From the NCBI GenBank assembly GCA_964467035.1, contig CAYXNX010000004.1:89-64088 (forward strand): a stretch of 64,000 bases of DNA. The letters are read 5' to 3'. The notes beneath the pieces were generated by a model. It was not told the origin of the DNA. It searched no databases and worked only from the letters and a program-made list of their open reading frames with translations. Of the stretch, positions 1 through 8,132 are shown one piece after another. This DNA comes from Candidatus Woesearchaeota archaeon. Lineage in GTDB: Archaea > Nanobdellota > Nanobdellia > Pacearchaeales > GW2011-AR1. The first letter of the stretch is position 1, and every line of letters starts with the position of its first letter. The position numbers and the translations under genes are program-made.

Positions 1-167
1 TTTTGGAGTCAAAAGAAACTATAATGAATTTGTAAATTAAGAGACATAGCTTATTTTTTATTTAAAAATAATGAATATTTTTAGTTAATTCTCGTCGGTA
101 AAATTTTTGTATATCAAATATATTAGATAAATTTAAAAAGAGAATAAATTTAAAATCGTGGAAAAAG

Positions 168-770
168 ATGATGTCACATATAATTTCTTTATTGGTTATG
201 TTGAATCCGTTTGCAATGTTTTTATACTTGAAGCCAGTGATGGAAGAATTGGACAATAAAAAATTTTCTTGGGTATTGTGGAAAGCTAGTTTGATTTCAT
301 TTTTTATATTCACTTTTTTTCTGGTATCTGGAAGTTTTCTTTTCAAGAATATTTTTCAGACAAATTTTGAATCTTTCAGAATTTTTGGAGGAATTGTTTT
401 ATTTTCATTTTCCTATATTTTTATTGTAGGGGGTAGAAAAGCGCTTTTTCAATTAAAAGAAGATTTAGATGATTTAGCTTCGGAAATTGCATTGCCTTTT
501 ATGGTTGGGGCTGGCACTATTTCAATAATTATTTTAATGGCTCATGAACTTAAATTCTTCGAAGGATTTGTTTCTCTAACAATAGTTTTGGGGGGAAATT
601 TCTTTGTTATAACCTCTTTGAAAAATATTAAAGAAAAAATAAATACTAAAAAATTTAGAGTAGCTTTTGATAAAAATATGGAAATTTTGTTGCGGTTAAA
701 TGGTTTTTTCTTAGGAGCTATTGGCATAAATATGATTGTTACAGGTTTTAAAAATCTACAAATTTTTTAG
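168..770 (+). CDS. MarC-family (UPF0056) integral membrane protein
   Basis: 200-aa ORF with multiple hydrophobic helices. N-terminal LLVMLNPFAMF motif resembles the MarC/UPF0056 family. Terminates in TAG. Confidence 0.55.
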   Translation: MMSHIISLLVMLNPFAMFLYLKPVMEELDNKKFSWVLWKASLISFFIFTFFLVSGSFLFKNIFQTNFESFRIFGGIVLFSFSYIFIVGGRKALFQLKEDLDDLASEIALPFMVGAGTISIIILMAHELKFFEGFVSLTIVLGGNFFVITSLKNIKEKINTKKFRVAFDKNMEILLRLNGFFLGAIGINMIVTGFKNLQIF

Positions 771-813
771 ATAATCTTAAAAAGAAAGAATGTTTTTATT
801 TAAAGAGGTATGA

Positions 814-1200
814 ATGAAAATTTCAAAAATTATGAGGAAGGCAATTGTAATAGATAGTTCGATAAGTGTTAAAGATGCTGCTAAAATTATGTCAAAAAAA
901 GGAATTGGATGTTTAATAGTAACAAAAAATAACAAAATAAAAGGAATAATAACAGAAAGAGATATAATAAAAAATATCCCTCATTTAAATTATAAAATTA
1001 GTAAAATTATGAGCAAAAAGGTTAGAACAATAAGTCCTGATGAGAATATTGAAAAAGGAGCTGAAATTTTATCAAAATACAACATAAAAAGATTGCCAGT
1101 TATTGAAAATAGAACATTGAAAGGGATTGTTACAATAACAGATATTTTGGGACATTGTGGCAATATTGAAGAATTAAATGAAGATTTTTTAATTAACTGA
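814..1200 (+). CDS. CBS-domain pair protein
   Basis: 128 aa with two CBS-like repeats (IMSKKGIGCLIVT..IKGIITERDIIK and LSKYNIKRLPVIEN..LKGIVTITDIL). Confidence 0.8.
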   Translation: MKISKIMRKAIVIDSSISVKDAAKIMSKKGIGCLIVTKNNKIKGIITERDIIKNIPHLNYKISKIMSKKVRTISPDENIEKGAEILSKYNIKRLPVIENRTLKGIVTITDILGHCGNIEELNEDFLIN

Positions 1201-1965
1201 TTTTGCTTGTTTTGTTTTAAAAATTGGCAAATTAAATTTTTCCAAAGTTTTTAGAGTTTGATTTTTAATTTCTAAATTTCCAAGACCCTTCCAATCAACT
1301 ATAAACAAATCGACTTTTTCTTTTGTTTTGGAAATTGCTTCTTTAACTAAATATTCTGTTAAAGGCAAATTATATTGTGGAAAGATATAGGAAATTGCGT
1401 ATTTTTTTTCTAATTGAATTTGGTTGAAATTTGGGCAGTAATGAGGTCCGCCAATTCCAATTGCTGTGAGGAAATTTTTTTCCTGAAATGAGGAGAGAGA
1501 ATCTAAGATTGTTTTAGCTATAATTTCTCCTGCTTTTTTGTCTTTCCACTGAGATAAAACTGAACCAATTTCTATAAAAAGGCAAGGGGTTTTTATCAAA
1601 GGTCCGTGGTGTGTTACCTCTAAAGAAATTTCATAATCTAATTTTTTTGAGTTTTTTGAGAGATTTTGGAAAAAATGTTTAGTTAATTTAGAACTGGCAG
1701 GACAAAGCTTTTGTTTTTGTCCTCCGAATTTTGCTTCTCCAAAGTTCCCAACTGTGTGAACTGTTAAAGAAGGAATATTTTTTATAGATTGATGTTTTGA
1801 TGCAAAAATTATAAAATCAGCTTCGAGATTTTCATCTATACTTTCTGCGTGAATTAATTCATTTTCTGTTAAATAAATTGGAATTTTGCAATTGAGTTTT
1901 TTTAAATTTTCAACTATATTCATTCCTGCAGGATCTTTTTTTGATGCAATAATAAGGGGTTTCAT
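1189..1965 (-). CDS. dtdA: D-aminoacyl-tRNA deacylase, archaeal DtdA type
   Basis: 258 aa. N-terminal IIASKKDPAGMNI, SLTVHTVGNFG, EVTHHGP and FIEIGS motifs are as recalled for the archaeal DtdA family. Confidence 0.65.
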   Translation of the reverse strand: MKPLIIASKKDPAGMNIVENLKKLNCKIPIYLTENELIHAESIDENLEADFIIFASKHQSIKNIPSLTVHTVGNFGEAKFGGQKQKLCPASSKLTKHFFQNLSKNSKKLDYEISLEVTHHGPLIKTPCLFIEIGSVLSQWKDKKAGEIIAKTILDSLSSFQEKNFLTAIGIGGPHYCPNFNQIQLEKKYAISYIFPQYNLPLTEYLVKEAISKTKEKVDLFIVDWKGLGNLEIKNQTLKTLEKFNLPIFKTKQAKSVN

Positions 1966-1998
1966 AAGGCTTTTAAATTAAGTTATTTTAAATAAATT

Positions 1999-2223
1999 AT
2001 GAAATACTTATTATCTTTAATTGTTTTATCTTTTGCAATACCTTTGGGGTTTTTTTTAAAAAAAATTACAAAAGAGGAATTAAAGCAAGGAAGAAAATAT
2101 TTTGGGGCTCTTTGGAAATTAAGTTTGATTTTAGGAATTGGAATGATGTTTTTTGAGGTTTATTTGGGTTTTGGATTTTTATTTATATCTGTTGTTAGTT
2201 TTATATCTTGGAAAAATGAATAG
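1999..2223 (+). CDS. small membrane protein (hypothetical)
   Basis: 74-aa ORF with 2-3 hydrophobic helices. No recognisable family. Confidence 0.35.
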   Translation: MKYLLSLIVLSFAIPLGFFLKKITKEELKQGRKYFGALWKLSLILGIGMMFFEVYLGFGFLFISVVSFISWKNE

Positions 2224-2830
2224 AAAAATTGCTTTGGCTCAATTTGAAGAATTGAAGAAATTGAAAAATGAAATGAGGTTGGCGGCGGAGGGGTGGGATG
2301 AAGATTGGAAAACTTTAATTGCTACATTGCTTTCTGCAAGAACAAGAGATGAAAAAACAATTTTGGTTTGTAAAAATCTTTTTGGAAAGTTCTCCTTGAG
2401 AAAATTAGCAAATGCTGATTTGAAAGAAATTGAAAAAGAGATTAGGATTATTAATTTTTACAAAAACAAATCTCGGAATGTTAAAAATTGTGCAAAGGTA
2501 TTGGTTGAAAAATACAAAAGCAGAGTTCCTGAAGAATTTGAAAAACTTATAGAACTTCCAGGAGTAGGAAGAAAAACTGCAAATGTTTTTTTAGCAGTTG
2601 TGGGAAAATCTGAAATTGGAGTAGATACACATGTAACCTATATTTCTAAAAAAATGGGTTGGAGTTCTGGGAACTCTCAAAAGGAAATTGAAAAAGATTT
2701 GAAAAGATTATTCCCAAAAAGAAAATGGAGAGAAATTAATTATGTTTTGGTAGGGTTTGGGAGGAGTTTTAAATCAAAAAAGAAAAAAGATGAAATTTTG
2801 GAAAAATTAATTTCTAGGAATTTTTCTTAA
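2216..2830 (+). CDS. nth: endonuclease III-like HhH-GPD DNA glycosylase (no Fe-S cysteine cluster)
   Basis: Helix-hairpin-helix LPGVGRKTANVFL followed by GVDTHV. Start placed at MNRKIALAQ (2216) to avoid overlap with the upstream ORF. C-terminus lacks the C-x6-C-x2-C-x5-C motif. Confidence 0.7.
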   Translation: MNRKIALAQFEELKKLKNEMRLAAEGWDEDWKTLIATLLSARTRDEKTILVCKNLFGKFSLRKLANADLKEIEKEIRIINFYKNKSRNVKNCAKVLVEKYKSRVPEEFEKLIELPGVGRKTANVFLAVVGKSEIGVDTHVTYISKKMGWSSGNSQKEIEKDLKRLFPKRKWREINYVLVGFGRSFKSKKKKDEILEKLISRNFS

Positions 2831-5182
2831 TCTTTTTTGACTAGTTGGTTTTGTTGGTTGGTAAGAAAAACTAGTATACTTTTTTTTGGGTGTCAGGGTT
2901 TTTTGAGGTGGAGATTTTGGAGGGGTTGGCGGATTTGAGGGGGTTAAAGATTGAGAACTTGAAGAAATATTGCGAGATTCATTATCTTTTTTAACACTTA
3001 AATAAACTAAATACCCAATAATTGCAATTAAGACAATTATAATTAAAATAACTAAAACAGCAATAAGGGGTTTACTTATATCTTTAATTTCTGTGGGGCT
3101 ACATCCTAATTTGTCTTCTTGTAATTCAACCCAATCATTATTGGTACATTCAAATGTTTTGTTTCCTTGACATTTTAATTCACCTTCATTACAAGTAGTA
3201 TCAGGAACTGTTTGGTTTAAAGTTTGGTTTTTAGTTTGGTTTTGAGTTTGGTTTTGAGTTTGGTTTTGGTCTGGGGCAAAAACACATTCTCCACTATAAC
3301 AAGTATAATTCTGTTTACATGTATGCAGTGTAGAATTTATTTCATTTCCTGAGCAAAAATATTCTCTTAATTGACTTCCTTCACAAGTATCTTTTGTTTC
3401 ATTATGAATTCTACCATCTACCAAATAAGTTATTGTTCCTCGTATGCTATAATTTTTCCCCCCATCATCTTCTGAGCAGGATTTTTCAGGAGTTCCTTGA
3501 CATTCTCCTTCACTACATCCTTCAGGACAATAGTATTCCCTAAAAGAGGGGGAATCTCTAATGTCACACATTGATTCATTTAAAGTTGTAGAATTTATAC
3601 AAGTATCATTCACAGCAATCCATGGTTCATTGTCCAAATCTAAAGTATAATTTATGTATCCTTTTTCATAAGCGCCTAATGTTCCTGAAGGGTTAGCATT
3701 TGTTCCTTTGGGTCCGCTATCTGTATCAATACATTTTGGGTCTGTTGAAGTTTGTTCGACACAATTTCCATCTTTACAAATATCATCACATTCTTCAATT
3801 TCAATATAATTATCTGAGGCAGAACATTTAACTTTAAAATAGATTTCATTATTGGAGTTGTCAATATCTTCTTCATGATGACAAAAATTGTCAAAAGTAT
3901 CATGATTACAATAAGGATAAATATCAATTAGTCCTGAACCAGTCCCATCATAATTATTATATAAGCGGTAAAATCCAGAATTTTTTGAGGAGTCATTATA
4001 AACTAAAAATAAATCAGATGAATCAAAAAATCCCATTGAAGGTTGTTTTTTATTTGGGTGAGGTAAATCTTCATAACTTTCATTAAAATTATTTGATATA
4101 TCTCTCAAAATTGGTGTCCCACCATCTCCTGTTCCATCAAAGTTCATTAATTTGTGACTCCCCTCAGATTCAACCCAAATGTGAATTCCTGATTTTTCTA
4201 ATCCTTTTTCTTGAGGAAGATATTCGTTTTTGGAAAAATTCAATAAAACATTTAAGTCATCTTCATTAACTGATCCATCACCATTTAAATCATACTTTGA
4301 ATAAGTTCCTCCTACCTTAGAACCATATTCATATATTAATTTACTAGTATCATTGTGTGAGCCAGATGTATTAAGTTCTAAATTTGTGCTAGGAACAGAA
4401 TACTCAAAATTTCCATATATTAAAGATTCTTTACCTCCTCCAAAATTATCATAAGAATAAACAAGTTTAGGTTCGCCATCAACAATCCCTGAATTATGAA
4501 CATATTCTTCATCATCATCTCCTTTTAATTTTCTTATTATTAAATCTCCACCAGAATTGAAAAGCCAAATTTCTCCTTCAGCAATTCCTGTAAAAGTTCC
4601 TGCAACTGGTTTGAAAGAATCTTCATTTATTTCGCTAAAACTAGATTTATAATCTGAAGTTACATTTTGAGCATCATATTTTCGAGAAGGATTGAATCTA
4701 TAAACATCTCCACTTTCGTACCAAACTTCAATAAAAGTTTCTATGTCATCACCATTGATAATTGGATAAGAATATAAAAATTTAATTTTCTCTTCAGGTA
4801 AATTATAATATTCAGCGTAACTTTCTTGTTTAAAAGTTAGAGAATCCTCTTCAGAGTTTAAAGTTGAAGAGTATATATTTTCATCGGAAAATAAAGCATA
4901 TCTTATCGTTGCAAAATCAGATGTTCTCCCATAAGCTCCAATTCCTTCATAGGGTATATCATCTAAGCGAAGTTTCTTCCAACTTTCTTGGCTATCAATT
5001 TGTTGAAAATTAATGATTCTGGGCAAGGTTTCATTCAAACCAGAAGGTGGACTTAGCGAAACAGGTTTTTCAATATTTGAAACAAAAAATAAAATTCCGA
5101 ATGCAAATACTAATAAAAATGCTAAAGGTAAAGCAGTTTTTTTTGCTAGTTTTTTGTAGTATTTCTTATCACTCTTTCTCAT
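2807..5182 (-). CDS. membrane-anchored surface protein (dockerin-like repeat, Cys-rich modules, N-glycosylation sequon tract)
   Basis: 791 aa. N-terminal TM anchor, DLNGDGSVNEDDLNVLLN, several Cys-rich modules, a QNQTQNQTQNQTKNQTLNQT tract, a C-terminal TM helix and a Pro-rich tail. Confidence 0.6.
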   Translation of the reverse strand: MRKSDKKYYKKLAKKTALPLAFLLVFAFGILFFVSNIEKPVSLSPPSGLNETLPRIINFQQIDSQESWKKLRLDDIPYEGIGAYGRTSDFATIRYALFSDENIYSSTLNSEEDSLTFKQESYAEYYNLPEEKIKFLYSYPIINGDDIETFIEVWYESGDVYRFNPSRKYDAQNVTSDYKSSFSEINEDSFKPVAGTFTGIAEGEIWLFNSGGDLIIRKLKGDDDEEYVHNSGIVDGEPKLVYSYDNFGGGKESLIYGNFEYSVPSTNLELNTSGSHNDTSKLIYEYGSKVGGTYSKYDLNGDGSVNEDDLNVLLNFSKNEYLPQEKGLEKSGIHIWVESEGSHKLMNFDGTGDGGTPILRDISNNFNESYEDLPHPNKKQPSMGFFDSSDLFLVYNDSSKNSGFYRLYNNYDGTGSGLIDIYPYCNHDTFDNFCHHEEDIDNSNNEIYFKVKCSASDNYIEIEECDDICKDGNCVEQTSTDPKCIDTDSGPKGTNANPSGTLGAYEKGYINYTLDLDNEPWIAVNDTCINSTTLNESMCDIRDSPSFREYYCPEGCSEGECQGTPEKSCSEDDGGKNYSIRGTITYLVDGRIHNETKDTCEGSQLREYFCSGNEINSTLHTCKQNYTCYSGECVFAPDQNQTQNQTQNQTKNQTLNQTVPDTTCNEGELKCQGNKTFECTNNDWVELQEDKLGCSPTEIKDISKPLIAVLVILIIIVLIAIIGYLVYLSVKKDNESRNISSSSQSLTPSNPPTPPKSPPQKTLTPKKKYTSFSYQPTKPTSQKRLRKIPRN
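3210..3269. repeat. 5 x 12-bp tandem repeat (gtttggtttNNa) encoding (Q/K/L)NQT sequons on the minus strand
   Basis: Read directly; lies inside CDS 2807..5182. Confidence 0.85.
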
Positions 5183-5232
5183 TGGAAAAATTAAGAAGAA
5201 AATACTTATAAATATTGTGATTATGAAAATAT

Positions 5233-5856
5233 ATGAGTCTTATTGAAGAAATTAATAAATTAAAGAAAACAAGGGTAAAAAATTTGGTTGAGCAAAGGTT
5301 GAGAGAATTTAGGGAGTTTGAGAATCAAGATAAAGAGGGGTGGTTTTCTGAGTTATGTTTTTGTTTGCTTACTGCAAATTCAAGGGCTGAAAGTGCTATT
5401 AAAATTCAAAATCAAATTGGGGGAAGAGGTTTTTTGTTTTCACCAAAAGAAAATATTGCTAGAATTATTAAGATGAATAAGCATAGGTTTCATAACAACA
5501 AGGCAAAGTTTATTGTTGAGGCGAGAAAATTTAGGAATATTAAATTGTGTTTGGAAGGGAAGTCGGAGATTGAAAAAAGAGAGTTTCTTGTTGAAAATAT
5601 TAAAGGATTGGGAATGAAAGAGTCCTCACATTTTTTGAGAAATGTTGGAGTGAAAAATTTGGCGATTTTGGATAGGCATATTTTAAGTGTGTTGTTTGAA
5701 AATGGATTTTTATTGGAAAAACCAAAAACATTGACAACGAAGAAGTATTTAGAGATAGAAGGGACTTTTAATAGGCTGGCTGGGAAAATGGGAATGAGTT
5801 CTGCTGAATTGGACTTGTATATGTGGTATTTGAAAACTGGGAAGGTTTTGAAGTGA
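5233..5856 (+). CDS. ogg: N-glycosylase/DNA lyase, archaeal Ogg-type (HhH-GPD)
   Basis: 207 aa. FCLLTANSRAE, GMKESSHFLRNVG and LAILDRHIL motifs resemble the Methanocaldococcus-type 8-oxoguanine glycosylase. Confidence 0.65.
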   Translation: MSLIEEINKLKKTRVKNLVEQRLREFREFENQDKEGWFSELCFCLLTANSRAESAIKIQNQIGGRGFLFSPKENIARIIKMNKHRFHNNKAKFIVEARKFRNIKLCLEGKSEIEKREFLVENIKGLGMKESSHFLRNVGVKNLAILDRHILSVLFENGFLLEKPKTLTTKKYLEIEGTFNRLAGKMGMSSAELDLYMWYLKTGKVLK

Positions 5857-5992
5857 GATTAAAATGTAAAAAAGGATTTAATAGAAAATTGGGGAAAAAT
5901 CCAAGCAATACATTCGAAAGCAAATCTTTTTTACATGGAAAAATAATTTGGACTTCCATAAATAGAACAACATTCTGAGTAATATTTCGTAT

Positions 5993-6136
5993 AACATCGA
6001 AATTTAACGAAGTCGCCGAAGGCGGTTTGGAAAACCGAAGTACAATAAGGTTTCCGTTAAATTCCTGTTATGTCTCCCGACGACTGAAAGGAGGAGAGCG
6101 CAGCGTGGTCGACCGAAGGGAGAAGCGCAGCGTCCC
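5993..6136 (+). repeat. G+C-rich modular junction element E1 (AACATCG left module, CTGTTAT core at 6065-6071, RM-1 right module)
   Basis: Positions 6060-6108 are identical over 49 nt to 32013-32061. The left part parallels 30515-30589. Hairpins cgcc-gaa-ggcg and aaaacc..ggtttc. Confidence 0.75.
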
Positions 6137-6142
6137 TTTAAG

Positions 6143-6376
6143 TTACGAGCCAGCTTTTTGTTTCCTTATTAAAGAATGTATTCCCCAACCTATGATAAAA
6201 CCTATACTTCCGAATAATACGAATAAAAATATTATTGGTAAAAAATCTGTATTGAATTTAGAAAAATCTATGTGTGTATTAGGTAGCCACAACAATGAAG
6301 ATATTCCAATTAATGCTCCAAACCAACTCCCCCACATTTTGAATGGATTGTATAATTTTTTTATTTTATCTGTCAT
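6143..6376 (-). CDS. small membrane protein (cassette cargo)
   Basis: 77 aa with two hydrophobic helices. Flanked by the perfect 11-bp inverted repeat ttacgagccag (6143-6153) / ctggctcgtaa (6425-6435). Confidence 0.45.
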   Translation of the reverse strand: MTDKIKKLYNPFKMWGSWFGALIGISSLLWLPNTHIDFSKFNTDFLPIIFLFVLFGSIGFIIGWGIHSLIRKQKAGS

Positions 6377-6424
6377 ATTATTTTATTGAATTAAATTAAT
6401 ATAAATAACTTTTTATCTTAAAAA

Positions 6425-6590
6425 CTGGCTCGTAATTTCACTTAACGTTCGCGTGTATGAGAAGTTTGCGAAGTAAATTTGGGAAAATTGCGAGCCGAGG
6501 CATTTTTTCTTTTATCCCTTGTTATATGAGGGTGAGCTTGCGAAAGCGCGTAGCGTCTCAGAGGATTTTTTTGTAGAAAAAACCGCAGAG
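6425..6590 (+). repeat. G+C-rich junction element E2 (degenerate core CTTGTTAT at 6518-6525)
   Basis: GNRA-like hairpins (ttgcgaagtaa, cttgcgaaagcg). The right part (gggtgag..gcgtagcg) resembles 33971-34010. Confidence 0.5.
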
Positions 6591-6703
6591 TTGTTTGAAG
6601 GCACTTGTATTAATTTTAAAAATGTCCATTGGGATGGTGGGTTGTTTGATGCCCATTAAATAAGAGAGATTGTCTTTTTGAAAGTTGGAGGGTGGGAAAA
6701 ATT

Positions 6704-7261
6704 CTATTTTGTATCTGTAAAAAATTCTTTTCTAATTTTTATTTTATCTTTACAAGCTTTCCATAAATGATTTGAAAGTGAAAGCCCAGATTTTCTCTTC
6801 CTATCAGTAAAATATGCAAGAATTACATTTATTCCATCTTCAAATAAATCTTTTATGATTGGAACAAAATCAGTATCAGAAGTTAGAACAATTACATCAG
6901 AAATATTTTCTTGTTTTGGAATCCTTGATAAATCAATTGTTAAAAGAGTATCAACTCCTTTTTGTTGGAAAGTATTATCTATTTTTTGACACCTTCCCTC
7001 TCTAACAATAATCCCAACTTCTTTTAATTTTGAAACAAACTTGTCATAATTTGCTTTTCTCCTATTTTCTTCTTTAGTTGGGGTTGAATCTTGATAAGGC
7101 GGAGCGGTGTAAAAATAGATTTTCTTGCACTCAAGATTTTTAGCCTTTGCAAGATTTTTTGCAAAAACTTCCATTTTGTATTTTAGAGGTTTCCCATTGC
7201 CAAAGAATTTAGAAATAAAGGATAAATAACCTGAGTCGATAAATACAATTGTTTCTGCCAT
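6704..7261 (-). CDS. NYN/LabA-like (DUF88) domain protein
   Basis: VFIDSGYL, YFYTAPP, GVDTLLTIDL and VLTSDTDFVPII motifs. Start uncertain (ATG at 7261 or 7273, GTG at 7294). Confidence 0.65.
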   Translation of the reverse strand: MAETIVFIDSGYLSFISKFFGNGKPLKYKMEVFAKNLAKAKNLECKKIYFYTAPPYQDSTPTKEENRRKANYDKFVSKLKEVGIIVREGRCQKIDNTFQQKGVDTLLTIDLSRIPKQENISDVIVLTSDTDFVPIIKDLFEDGINVILAYFTDRKRKSGLSLSNHLWKACKDKIKIRKEFFTDTK

Positions 7262-7347
7262 TATAAAAAGCATCAGGCAACCCCAAAGGATCACCTGGGA
7301 TTATGTTAATATAAGGAAATATTGGAGATTTATAATACTTTCGGTTG

Positions 7348-7884
7348 CTATTTGGTTTTCTCCCAAATTTTATCAAATACTTGTTTAAATGTTTCTGCAA
7401 AAATCTTGTCTTTTATTAAAAATCCTCTTGGTTGTTTTGTGATAATGTATTGAACATATAGGATATCATCAACAACTCCCCATTCTGCTTCATTTTTTAA
7501 ATCTGTAATTTTAGTCTTTGTATTTTTGTTTTCTCTTTTGGAAGCAAGAGATTTAAACTCTTCGGGAATTAGGATTTTTGCTTTAGCATTAAGTTTATTT
7601 CTTTGTTTATGATGTTCATCGTAAAAAGCAACAAATTTTTCAAAAGCAGGTCTTTTTGTTCCATAAATTCTTTCATTGGAGTTTTTAGTTAAAGAGGAAT
7701 TTATTTCGTGCCACATGGCTTTAATTCCAGAAAGACCTTCAAAGTATTTGTAGTTTGATTGGGGTTCTTCTTTAAGGTCTTTTGTTTTTAGTTTTTTTAC
7801 TAGTTCTTGAATCTCTTGTCTTTCTTGTTCAAGAGATTTTTGTTTTTCAATAAATATTTCGTTTAGAGTTTCAGGACTTTTCAT
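7348..7884 (-). CDS. TrmB-like regulator C-terminal part lacking an N-terminal winged helix
   Basis: Coiled-coil followed by a YFEGLSGIKAMW segment, as seen after the wHTH of TrmB-type proteins. No HTH is present; the start abuts element E3. Confidence 0.35.
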   Translation of the reverse strand: MKSPETLNEIFIEKQKSLEQERQEIQELVKKLKTKDLKEEPQSNYKYFEGLSGIKAMWHEINSSLTKNSNERIYGTKRPAFEKFVAFYDEHHKQRNKLNAKAKILIPEEFKSLASKRENKNTKTKITDLKNEAEWGVVDDILYVQYIITKQPRGFLIKDKIFAETFKQVFDKIWEKTK

Positions 7885-7934
7885 AATTATTAGGGGTATT
7901 GTGAACATTATAAAAGTTTGCCAGTAACCCAATC

Positions 7935-8037
7935 TCTTATAATCGCTGTTAGTTTCTCTGAGGATTGATTTTTAATGCAATATGTCCGAGCGGAATGAAA
8001 TGGAGCGAAGGAGTTGCCCCGAAGCGCGCATTATGGT
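7935..8037 (+). repeat. G+C-rich junction element E3 (core CTGTTAG at 7946-7952, RM-2 right module)
   Basis: The right part aligns with 30597-30650 (gagga-ttgattttta-R-tgcaa..atgYccgaRg). gaatgaaatggagcga also occurs at 33811-33826. Confidence 0.55.
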
Positions 8038-8132
8038 AAAGTTATTAAATAATAAGAATCATTTTGAATATATGGTAAATGAAAACTTCAAAAAAGAAAA
8101 AACTTTAAATAAAATTCTTTTGTAGTTTAAAA

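Noticed and set aside
62-346. 94-aa minus-strand ORF at the left edge
   Set aside because: It overlaps the start of the MarC-like gene on the opposite strand and has no recognisable features. It is probably spurious.
6027-6389. 120-aa plus-strand ORF from the track
   Set aside because: It starts inside the G+C-rich element E1 with a non-ATG start and then runs antisense to the better-supported membrane ORF 6143-6376. The open frame is explained by G+C-rich noncoding sequence.
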